In this document: positions 24,137 to 35,880 of the stretch, piece after piece | How the letters are laid out: the number at the start of each line of letters is the position of its first letter | How positions within the stretch are numbered: position 1 is the first letter of the stretch | From: Felis catus | Taxonomy: Eukaryota | Direction: 5' to 3' | DNA length: 64,000 nt | Assembly: GCF_018350175.1 (NCBI RefSeq) | Contig: NC_058368.1 | Span: 180,794,001 to 180,858,000, forward strand | Position numbers and translations under genes: made by a program | The notes under the pieces: model-generated | Told to the model about the DNA's origin: nothing | What the model saw: only the letters and a program-made list of their open reading frames with translations | The model's database searches: none

Positions 24137-26448
24137 CTGCAAAGAGAAGAAGGAGAAATGGCCATCAGTGGCTGCAGGCTGTAGCCCCAGACACTGTGCA
24201 AACCTGAGGAACAAAGCCTAGAATCAAAGTCTTTAGGTTGGTAATTGCTAAAAGTCACAAACAAGAGAGAGAGAGAAAGAGAAAGACGGCATAAAGCGTT
24301 CCAGGGTTGGTTACTAACAAATAACATACTTTGATTTGCTTTCTTCTGTAGGTCTCAAAGGAAGAAGGAGGAACTAAATTAGTAAAACCAGGCTGGAGCA
24401 TATTAATCTTGAATATGTTGATCTTAAAGTGGAAGTGACACAGACCTGACAGGGCTGGTCACTGATGTAACAAGTCCCTGTACCATTTCCCGGTAAACCA
24501 GTACATTGCATGCTTTATAAACCAGTACATGCATTCTTTATAAACATTTTCTTTTTCTGAAAGGCAATGAGAATATGGTACACTCTAAGTCAGAGAGTAG
24601 CATATTTAAATACCTGTAGCAGGTAAGCAGGGAAGTCAAGTGGGCCAGTTGTGGACTGAGGTGATTTGGAAAGGGTAGGAAGCACCCCTCACTCAGATCC
24701 AGGCCCATGTGGCCATGTGGGGATAAGGGCCCAATGCAGCCAAGTCTTCTAGTTTTTCTAGGAAAGCTGAAGATCTGGACTTTTAGATAAAATTTCCTGT
24801 TTCTTAAAAATGTTGATGATTTTTTAAAAAGTGTATTTGTTTTAGGTGTTATGTATAGATGTATGCTTTTTTTTTTTTCATGAGAGTCAAGAAAATACCT
24901 GTGAGCCTGCTCAGACATCAGGGTTGATGTTTTCAAACCTTGACCCTTACTCCAAATTGCATCCTCTTTTCTCATCTTGAAATCCTCTATCCTCATAGGA
25001 AAAATGCATAAAAGAGAACTATACCTCTGTGTGTATCTCCTTTGTAAATATGACCACAGATGACAACTCCACACAGGGTTTTCCTAGCAACCCACTCTCA
25101 ATCTACAAAATGAAATATTTTAAGCATAATGAAAACGAAAGTAGTTCACTATGCAATGTAAGCCTATAATTTGGTTTTAATGGCTGCTGAAACATGACTT
25201 TTAATTTGTGTCCTTTTTTGAAGCCTCCAGTCGAGGTTGGCAGCTCACCAGGTGACTGCCAAGCCTTGTCATTTTGGCCCCTGCCAACTTTTAAAATCCT
25301 CAGCCCCTGCTGTCCTGGCTTTAAGAAGTTGGCTCACATCATTTAAACAAGCAATTTGACACAAATTTCAACTACTTGTCTCCTTATGTGGCCAGGCTAC
25401 ATCTCCAAAAGGTGTAATCTACATTCCGTAGCTCCTGTGAAGCCTGCAGAAATATTCTGAAAGAAAGACAACATGTCAAGAAGATGCTAGGTTTGGAGAG
25501 CATCATGACCAAGGAAAACAAGAAGGAAAAATAACAGACACAAGTGGTTCCCCGAAGTTTCTATCTCTGGGCTGAAATTACTTGGGGGATTTTTTTTTTT
25601 TTTGGTCTCCAGAAAAAGACAACTAAAACTAAACCCCAGTGGGAAATGCCACCATACAGTTGTACAGGTTTTAAATCGCATCCTCCAAATGAACCTGCAA
25701 TTCGTATTTTACATCAGGCACCAGTGACATTTTAAATATATCTTTGAGGGAGTTTCGTAGCTGTAGCAGGCTGTTACATTTTCTGGCTTTGTTGTCTGTC
25801 TAGTAATGTATTATTATATACTTATTTAGCGTTTGTCTGTCTCATATTAGTGGGAAGAGGTGAGAAAAGGGGATGAAATGATTTCATAATGATCCTTCAG
25901 AGTTGCTATCCAAGCCCCTCACACAGGGTTAATAAATTTTCATGCTTTCCTTTCCCCTCCCTCAACTCCTATCCAAGTGGTGTCATTATTCTCCATTAGT
26001 GAAGTAATCTTGAGACTTGCCTCAGGAAGATGAGATGAATCAGTGTACAAGTGAGAACCCACCCTCCTCGGTCCCAAGCCCCAACTTCCCATTTCCCTTG
26101 GCCCCTGGCCCCACCTCCAGCACTCCAGACCACACACTCTCCCAAAGTACAAAGAGGCCATGTGAGGCATTTAATTCACTAAATGAGATACCAGAACTCT
26201 CCTGCTTCCTGTCTATTCATCCTGAGCTAAGGTTTCTGAGCCTGCTTCAACTTGTGTGGCCCTTCTTTGTCCATCTGTGTTCTGTGTGGGTGAAATTCCT
26301 GTGGTTTTCCCTTTTGCTGATGCTATACAGGGGTGCTGCTAAGGGGGAAAGGGAACCACGGACCCAGGTGCTATGTGGCATGTTTTCTATAAAACGAAGG
26401 ATGAGCTTTCAGGTTAATTGCAAGAGATGTCAAGCTCCCTTTCCATTC

Positions 26449-26651
26449 TTTTTTTTAAAGTTTATTTATTTTGAGAGACTGCACCAGCATGAGTGGGGTA
26501 GGAGGAGAGAGAAAGGAGAGAGAGAATCCCAAGCAGGCCCCACACTCAGCGTGGAGTGTGATGCGGGGCTCAATCCCACAAACCGTGAAATCATGACCTG
26601 AGCCGAAATCAAGAGTTGGAGGCTTAGCTAACTGAGCCACACAGGCTCCCC
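26449..26651 (-). mobile_element. Can-SINE
   Basis: tttatttattttgagaga...gaatcccaagcaggc...tcatgacctgagccgaaatcaagagt; decayed TSD agctc(cc/tt)tttccatt. Confidence 0.93.
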
Positions 26652-29129
26652 CAGCTCTTTTTCCATTTCTACTAAATAGAAGGCCCAGAGCTTCATGGAG
26701 GAGATGAAAGAATACATAGTGTTCTTCTCACACTGCCCTCCTGTACAGCAGTATGTTATTTCACTGCGAATAAATCAAATTATTGATGGCAACAACAAAA
26801 ACCATCCAGCATCCTCAGTATTAGATGGTTTCCTCATTACTACTGTTCATTTCCACTGTGACACTGATTATATTTTCTCCTTTATCTATCCATCCAACAA
26901 TCGTATTTTTCAACTATGTACAAGAAAAAGAAAAGACGATTAGAATACTGAGTGGGAAGAGCTACCACTGGGGAATATACAGAGAGACATGGAAGAGGCA
27001 CTTGGCCACTGGTTAGGAGAGGAAATCTAAAGGACTGGGTTCAAGGGTTGGGTCTGTCCCTTTTAAATAACATGAACCTAGGCCTACAACTCCATTTCTG
27101 TAATTGTCTGAGTACTCACCCACCACTCCTGACAACAGCAGTAAGTGTGTGTGAGTCAACATGAAGGATGGAAAGGAGGAGGAATGCACAGTGCCACATA
27201 TGCCACCACATATGCCACCTAAGGTAAGGTCCCCAACCATGTGCATGGAACACTGCTTGCTTCTTTCAGGAATAAAAGCATGGATAAGACACAACTGTGG
27301 CTCTCAAGGAGCCCAGATTCAAGTATAGCAGCCCCCAAGCTGGATATGACCAAAGATTCCGAGTCAAGATTTTGTATAGTGTTCTAGATCGCTGACTTCT
27401 CTTGAAAACAAAAACAGAATAAAAACACCGAGTCTATTCCCTCATGGTAACAACAGGATATAGCTGAGTGCTTTTGGGTGGTTTTCTGCTTTGCCATTAA
27501 CCCTAACAATCCCAGTTTATTTTAATCTGACCGGGTGTAAGCATTTATGTTGCCACTGGTAGGCATTTAGGTCTCACCCATGGTACCTTAGCATTCTGGG
27601 TAGGTCACTTATCTCTCATATAACAACACCCCTGCTACAATCACTCATTTCAAGCACTTTTTGTGTTTCCCGGTTTTCATTAGTCATCCAATGAGCTTGC
27701 TGGATGTGAAGGTTTTCCATTTCAAAAATGCGAACAATGGCCAGCAACACGCCTTACTGCTTTCCAGGAAGCCAAATTACATGAAAAAGGCCTTCTCCAA
27801 GGCAACTAATGTCTTCAATGTATGCTGAAACAGAAATGATTAACAGCTTGATGAAGGAACCTCAACGTCCACTCTGAGTTCTACACATTTATTGGGTTTA
27901 ATTAATGTGCATATTAATGGCTCTTCTATTACATAAATAGGAAATCACATAATAATGCAATTGAGCCACAAATAACTATGTAACATAAATGCTTACATAG
28001 TATCAACTTAATAAGTATGCTATTAGCAGGCAAAAGGCAACTGTCATTAAAATCACAGTGCTAGCCTATTATAGTACACCTGATTTATCTGGAGTACCTA
28101 GAATTTATTTTTAGGTACTGTGTGGCTTTTAGTCCTAGGAAGGAGGAATTGCACATTTATTCTTTGTGAAAAGCTAGGGCAGGACAGGTAGGACTCCTGG
28201 CAAGGGTAAGTGAATTTAGAGAGAGGCTGCTGCCTGTGTATTTAAAACCTAAGTGCTTCAATTGTCCTGTTTGCTTGTTTGGTCTTATTTGCTGGAAAAA
28301 TCTATGCTTAGATTTGTTGATGCCAGAAATCTTGATCCTTACAGGGATGCCATTCCCATATTCTGTCCTTCCTAAATGCCAATTGGTTGACAGTGGAGTC
28401 ATAAGAAAAATAAAGTAGTTCTTTGTTGTTGGGTCTAACAAGGTTAGCCATGGGGCCTGCAAAATCCTGGAGTATCAGCTCTTGTGTTGACTAGACTAGC
28501 AGAACTCAAACAGCGTGTGGAAACAACCAACACCCACATTGTATATATATAATATATATATAAAGGATTTTCTTTGGAGCGAAGGAAGTAAATTCTTAAT
28601 AATTGGCTATTGTTGTACTCTTCCTAAATAAACAGATGGGGGAGGTATTTAGGCTAGGTCTACCCTTGCCAAGGTGGGTGGGTGTAGAGGAGAGTAGGCA
28701 GGCAGGGATAGACTAAGATAGCTTTGTTTTGCTCTGTAGTCCACACTATTTTTTTTTTCCTGGTGATTAAAATGATAAAATGTATGAACAAAAAAATTGT
28801 AAGTATAGGCCTGCCTAACTGCCAATAATTCACTCTTTTTGGAGATTGCATGCCAACTGTTGGTCTTTAAAAACTTCAACCCCTTGGACCCTGAGATGAT
28901 GAATTAACCACAAACTCTCTGCCTCCTCCTACTGAACTATGTCATTGGGGCAAGTTACATCTTGAGAGCAATTTGAAGATGCTAGAAGTGATGCTGGTGT
29001 TGGCAGAGATTTTGGACTCTCTGGTTAGGGAAAATTGGCACCAGGACATGCTGTACAGATCTGACCTCAAATGGGAGGCAGAGGGGAATCAGAGGGAAGA
29101 TTTTCAAGAATAACAGCCTCTAGTTAGAA

Positions 29130-29365
29130 CTGGGAGTCTGCTGCAGATAACCAGCTTTGTGGTTGGGTTTGAACCCCTGCTTGGCCACACTTACTTGCAG
29201 TATGACTACTGGAAAGTTATGTATTTGTTTCTTTGTTTCTTCATCTGTAAAATGGGTAATTTTACTTCTCTCATATAGTTGTTAGGAACATCAAATGAGA
29301 ATACATCTATAAAAAGCCTACCATGATTCTTGGCACATATTAAGTATTAACAAATGTTATTAGTA
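29130..29365 (+). mobile_element. MIR
   Basis: gggtttgaacccctgct...cacttact...ttcatctgtaaaatgggtaat...tggcacatattaagt. Confidence 0.7.
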
Positions 29366-29699
29366 TATATTATGTGTTATAATTAATAATACTGATCATA
29401 GCAATAACAGCAATAGCAACTTTACCTCGTGAGGAACTCTAGCTTTCCTGCCTCTTTTGAGTGGTCGCTTTTAAATCAACATATGTTTAAATTAATATAT
29501 AAAGGCAAAATCACCAAACTCAGACCTCTTCCAGCTTCAAATGCTGTCTACAGAAGGGCATTGTGACTAAGCGACATGACACAGGCATTAACACGCACAA
29601 TCTCTAGAGCATTGCTCTAAGAGCTTCCAGAAATGGAACGTGGGATTCAGAAGCGTTCCATTTCTATAAACAAACTATTGATGTTAATGACAGCAAAAT

Positions 29700-29930
29700 A
29701 ACACCGACAATAGCTGCTAGGAGTCAAGCTCTCCCTGTGTGTCCGGTCCTGTGCTAAGTGCTGTACATAAATTATTTCAATTTGTTACCACTGGATCTTA
29801 TGGGGTAAGTTTTCTTCTCATTCCCATTCTACAGATCCAGCCAGTGAGGCTCAGAGAGGTTAAGCAAAGCCCCAAAGGTCATGTAACTTAGTAAGAGGAA
29901 GAGCTGCTTTTGGATCCCAGAGTTTCTTCC
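29700..29930 (-). mobile_element. MIR
   Basis: ctgtgctaagtgct...cccattctacagat...tgaggctcagagaggttaag...aaggtca. Confidence 0.7.
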
Positions 29931-31699
29931 CCATTCTGTCATATGCAAAAAATCAGGAGGCCCAAAATGCACTCACACAGGGAGAGAACAGAGACCTCTG
30001 TCCTGGTTTATACAAATCACCCTGACAAATACAGAGGAAAAACTGGCTTAACTCACTTCTTTCCACATTTGCTTAAATGGCAGAACGAAAACTTACGAGG
30101 AATTGGAGGGAATTGCCCACCTCAAAGCTCTGCACCTCACAGTGCTGCTTGAATCAGGAGAAATAGGCCAGAACAGCCAAACTGCAGTGCAATCTCTTTT
30201 CTGTGCCTTCCCAAAAGGCCTTTCTCAAACTTCCTCCTCCACGTGCATCCTGGCTCCCATAACCAGTGGCATGAGGGATAAGCAGCAATTAAGTCTTTTG
30301 GAGACAGAAACAAGGGCACACTATGTCCCAGCTCATCCTTCCTGCTCTGACTGAAGGTACTTTGCCAACAGCCTGGGGGCAAGGGAGAGGGGTTGGGCGA
30401 GTCCAGATCCAGCCTCCTCCTGTGTTTAGAAAGAGGTGGAAAGAGATTTACTTGTGTCTAAGTACTGGACACTCGGGACATTCAGCTTGCTTGCTCCTTC
30501 CTTGTTGTAGCATCTACTGAATGATTTGTCCTCTCAAGAATAGACTTTTATTGTTACTGACCACTGGATGGTATTGCTGGCTTTGTAGGGCAGTGACTGA
30601 TCTGCAGTGTTTCTCAGATGTGGTCACTACTGTAGCAAGCTGCAGCCCCTTCTCCACATTTCAGAATTGGGGGGGGAAGAGAAGAAAGGATGAAGGAATG
30701 AGCCAAGTTATAACCTCTTTCTCATCTCCCGGTGCTCAGCTACAGCTTTGACCAGTGCCTCTCGGCCTGGATCGCACAGTCCTGGATCAGGAGACTGTCC
30801 TTGATAGAAAGGCCCCATTTAGCCTGAGAGGAGCACCAGAGAAGGACAGGGCTGTGTTCACTCATAAAGAATGATTTGTAGTTCTCTTGCTTACACTACA
30901 TATATGACCTCAGAGAAAAAGCATTCTGAGTGCATTCGCAACGACACACACACCAACACTGCATGGCAGAACCAAGGGAATTGCCGTCACCAAGAGCAAT
31001 CCTTTGCAGGCTTAGAAACCAAAGTTTTGTCAGCTCTACCTACATTCATAAAAAATTAGGGTTTAGAGGGACATCGTAGGTCATCTAAGAACAATTGCGC
31101 CCGTTTAATAAGCACCAGCTGTGTGATAGGCCCTGTGTACATTTCACCTTATTTAAACTTATAATAACCTTCAGAGTGGATATTGTTCTCCATGATAAAG
31201 ACAAAGAAATGGAGGTGCAGGGCGTTCAAAGATCTAAGTTTCTCTCCTTACATGTTGTATTTAACTGTAATACATCTGGGCCCCTCCTGAGTGCATGCTG
31301 GGCATGTCTCTTTCATACCCTAGATGCATGGTTTTATATCATTTTTGGACTCTCCTGTTTTTCCTGCTAGACTGTGAATTCCTTCAGCACAGGGCTATGG
31401 TGGCTAGCAGAGTAGTGCTGAATGAAGGAATGAATGAACGAACCAATGAACACATCATGTCTCCTGGGGTTATTTTGCAGAACCTCAGCAAGGAGGGGTC
31501 AGAGCAGATTTCTGCCTCTGTTCTTTGGACATTTCTAGGCTGCTAGCATCTGATGGGCCTTCCCTTATGCCCAAATCCTTATTACCCTCACAGGTCCTTC
31601 AACAGGGAGACAGCTGGACCCAGGGAGAAGGTGACTTTGTTCCTCTTTGTTCTTAGTTTTATTTTATTTTTTCCTGTTTCTGCCTGATCACCTATTCTC

Positions 31700-32137
31700 T
31701 CTTTTAAATAACAGATGTACAGGGGTGCCTGGGTGCCTCAGTCAGTTGAGCATTCAACTCCTGATTTTGGCTCAGGTCAGTCTCACAGTATTGTGGGTTT
31801 GAGCCCTGCATAGGGCTCTGCATGGAGCCTGCTTGAGATTCTCTCTCCACTTGCACTGTCTCTTGTCTCTCTCAAAATAAATAAATTTTAAATAATAGAT
31901 TTACTGAGATATAATGAATTCAGCTTTAAAACATGTACACTTTAGTGCTTTCTTTTACTATATTCACTGAGATATACAACCATCAGTACTGTCTGATCTT
32001 AGAGCATTTTCATTGCCCCCCACTAGGAAACCTCATAGTGTTTAGCAGTCCCTTCCCAGTTCCCCCAACCCCTGGCAAATATCAATCTACTTTCTGCTTC
32101 TATGGGTTTGTCTATTCTGAGTACTTCATATAAATGG
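31700..32137 (-). mobile_element. Old L1M 3' end, interrupted by a SINE
   Basis: tttactgagatataat...agcattttcattgcccc...cccctggcaaatatcaatctactttctg...ttcatataaatgg. Confidence 0.75.
31722..31885 (+). mobile_element. Can-SINE
   Basis: ggggtgcctgggtgcctcagtcagttgagc...ggagcctgcttgagattctctctc...aaaataaataaa; decayed TSD aaataa(c/t)agat(g/t)tac. Confidence 0.92.
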
Positions 32138-35100
32138 TGATTCCCTCTGTTTTTCAGAACCGCAATGTCTGTCTGTTGCAGAGGCCCATTGGAACCAATC
32201 AAAGTTAGATCTCAGATGGGGCATACTTCATACTACTTAAAAATATCTTTTCCTGGCAACCTGAAGCTGGTGTTCACAGGAGCTTGTTGGCTGAGACCCT
32301 ACTGCTGTTGATATTTTTCAGAAGGAGATTGTTAGATATGACCAATTGAGAGCCAATTGTATACTTGAGGGTCCGAGGGGGATCCTGGAATTTGTTCTAC
32401 TGCTTCAGGCATGGCTGTAATCACTGCAGACAGCCATTCCTGCTCAACTAAAACACAAACACGCGCAGGCGGGACTCAGGGTGGAGGGTGGAGGAAAAAA
32501 GAAGCAGGGAACTCTTGAATTGGGTGCCCAACCAGTAGCTGTACTTGAATGATGACCTTAATACCATTTGTAGAGGACCATCCTGCCCACGTGGGCAGGT
32601 TCTCACATATGATGGGGCAGAAAGGGATTTTAATCACAGGTGCCACATCATTATACCATACCCCTATGCTCATTCTTTGTGTTCTTCAATCATCTGGAAG
32701 GTATCACTTGAGATCAATGTCAACTCTATTAGCTACTTTCTAAGTGACAAAGACAAAAAAAAAAAAAAAGACCACTTGAAATACTTGAGAGGAACCATCC
32801 TAAAGAGAAGATTTTATTGCAAAGTTATGTCTGAGCAGTGCCTATCTGAGCATTTCAATAAATCTACATTACCCTAGGTATTTTGGCATCCTCTGGGAGA
32901 GGAAAGCCTATCAGTAGAAAGTAATGATTTTGGGTTTTTCAATTGCCCTAAGGATCTTGACAATGCTATTAAGACCCATGCTTTCCCTGTCGAGAAGTTT
33001 AGGAGTGAAATTATTAATATGCCCAGACGTTATGTTGATTGTTGCACTGTAGCAGAAAATACTCTCTCTGTTATTTGAGCTGCATTATCACTTTCCCAAG
33101 CAGAGAATTGCATCAAAAATTTAAACTCCTCTCATTCCAGCTCATCGCATAGCTTTTCAAGGTCTTATTGTAAAATAGTCTGGGCAAAATTTGGATATTT
33201 CCCTACCCATGAAAGATAATATGTTTTTCACAGCCCAGACTATTATTATTTTTTTTTTTGAAAAATAAAAATCACAAGTGGAATTTTCTTCTATCACGAT
33301 GCCATTCTTTAGCTCTTTAACCAGGTTTTTGTCGGGGTATATTTCATTTTCTTTTCCTTTGGATGGTCACAATGTTTTCCCCTGATCACAGGGAGAAGAT
33401 CAAAACAAAGATAAAATATGATTTTGATTTTAGGTTGAGCGTCTGATGAACAGAACGACGGAGACAAGCTCTGATCTACACCATTCATTAATATCAAGAA
33501 TGACTGAAGCACACTAGTTAAATGGCAAGGACAGGATAAAGGTTCTTGGAGCATTTTCACTACAAAGCTCAGCAGAATTATTTACTATCTGGGTGACCTT
33601 TTCCCCAAATCTCTCATGGTACACACCTTATAGGGCAAGGGAACTAAAGTTTCTCCATACTATATAAACAGAAGTCAGCTGAATGTCAGACCTTGAACTG
33701 CATCTGGTTTCATGTCAAGTGACAGCTGATGTAATGGGATGTATAGGGCATACTGCTGGAGAGATTTTCAGGATATTCTTTCTGCCTTCAAAATATACAA
33801 ACACACACACACTACAGCAAGGAATTACTAAAGAAAAATATCTGAGAGCTTCCTAAAGAAACATCTCCTCCCAGGGTTACCTGGTGTAGATACTGTCAGA
33901 GAGACTGCCCTCTGGGTTTTATTCACAACTGTTCAGTGGTTTCTTTCAAAGTCAAAATTGTTTTGCTTTCCCAATTAAAGTGGATGAGACAGTGCTCACA
34001 GCCTTTTCTATCATGTAGCATGGATGATGAGTAGGAATACCCAGGGCTGAACAGAGAAAGATGAGGAAGTCCACCTCCACCCCACCCAAGAGTCCCAGGA
34101 TACAAACAACTTTCAGAAAAAAACTGGGACCAGTAGGATACCAGCGTGCTCTGCAGATCTTAGTTCTGTGGGGAAAGAGGAGGCAATGGAATCACCGTCT
34201 CCCACTGCCCCCTCCCACCCTGGGAAACAAGGGTTTCTTCCTAGCCATGGCTCGTAACGTGATTTTCAGGGCTTTCTCAGTCTTTTTGATACTCATCTCT
34301 CCAGTTTCGCCTGAGGGACTTCTGGAGTTAGACAATCAGAGTTATGAAGCACTTCACGTGTCTGTGCCTCTGTTTCCCCGTTCAAAAAAGGGGGCAAATA
34401 CCATTCCTACTTGGTCAAAAGTTAAAGGAGAAAGAACATTTTAAGTTAAAGTGCTTGGAAAATGCATGACAAATAGGAAGTACTTAAGAAATGTCAGGAT
34501 TTATTTATCTTTCCCTGAACAGGCTAATTCTTTCTTGAGGCTGTGGAGAGAGGAGTGAAATAGACCCTGTGATTCAAAGATTATTATTGTAATGACTTGG
34601 AAAACTTCCTGTTGCCAGATATTTTTAAGGTAAATAGCACCATTAAGAATTAAGGATCTCTTTTCATTCTTAGGAGTTATAGAAACTCTAGGTCTCACAG
34701 ACTACCAAAATAATCAGTGCTCTTGATTTCCACCTTTTGCAACTTAAACACTTGGAAATAAAACCACCTGGTGGTAGACAATATGAAGGGCCCTACATCA
34801 GCTTACCTTGTATAAATTCTCTTATTCCCTATGGAAATGAGCATAAGGAAGGCCCAGGTTTTCTTGAATCTTGGTGTTTCTATTTAGCACCAGCTCCCAT
34901 TGCCCATGAAAAGCTCATGATAAAATCAAGATTTTCTTTGTTATTGTTATTGTTGTTTTTGTTTTGCTCATGCTCATCTATGACCCATGCAGTTTGCTCT
35001 ATCATGCAATTCACCACTGAACAACTCGCGCAGGTCCTGAGTTATTCATCACATTTAGATGGTTTAAGTCATGAATTAGCAATTTGTTTCTCAGGGCTTC

Positions 35101-35229
35101 TTGGGTTACAGAAACTCTTTAGTATTTATCATCTCAAATGGGATCATTCTTAATCCCATAATGCAGAGAGTGAGTAATCTCTCTCGTGAAATATCAGATT
35201 TGGAGGAGAAAATAATTTCCATTTCTAAC

Positions 35230-35880
35230 ACTTCTTATCTTTCTAACACATTTTAATAGTGTGGTCTGGGAAGGCTTCTCAATAAGATGATATTTGATCA
35301 GAGACCTGAAGGAAATAGGGAGAGAGCCACCGCAATGTCTGGGGGAACAACATTTCAGGTAGAGGGAAAAGGAAGAACAGAGACATTTTAAATGTGGGAT
35401 GTGCATAGGGATTGGCCAGAATACCAGCTGAGGTTTGTCTCCTCCATTAAGCTTCAAGCTTACTTCTCAAAGTAAACAATGAAGTAAGTAGGAAAGGTCC
35501 TGATCCTCACTGGCCTCTGATATGGGACTGAGCCAGGCAGGCTTCTGCCTCAGGCCCTTTGCAGTTGGCTTATATTTGGCCTGGGGATACAGATAACTGA
35601 CTGGCTCACTCAAAGTGGCTCACTCCCTTAAGGTTGGAATGTCTCAGTTCAAATCTCCCCTTTAAGACACGCCTTTTCAGGCAACCTCAGCAGTCATATC
35701 CTCTTTTCTATGGTGTTTCTCTAAACCACATATCATCACATTTTTTCCGCCTAGTAATTGTCTTTCTGCACTAGAAATTAAGTACCTTGAAAGCAAGAAT
35801 GTTATTTTATTTTCTACTTGATCCCTGGCACCTCGAACACTTAGTAGGCACAATAAAGAACTTCTGAATTAATCAAATAA
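35230..35880. mobile_element. Two L2 remnants in opposite orientation
   Basis: gtggtctgggaaggcttctc...atttgatcagagacctgaagga (antisense); cctcaggccctttgca...ccttgaaagcaagaat...ccctggcacct...agtaggcacaataaa (sense). Confidence 0.6.

Noticed and set aside
23977..24327. 116-aa minus-strand ORF overlapping the exon
   Set aside because: Wrong frame of the real exon, extended into intron; the teneurin peptide is in a different frame.
24538..25074. 178-aa minus-strand ORF
   Set aside because: Non-ATG start, crosses a poly(A) run, no recognisable homology.
26017..26601. Longest ORF in the track (194 aa, +)
   Set aside because: Non-ATG start, runs into an antisense SINE, no recognisable domain.
30830..30853. 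Split RE1-like AGCACC-N6-GGACAG
   Set aside because: Left half lacks TC and the spacing is non-canonical.
34762..34777. CTCF-like palindrome ACCACC-T-GGTGGT
   Set aside because: Lacks the GGC(A/G) 3' part of the CTCF core on both strands.
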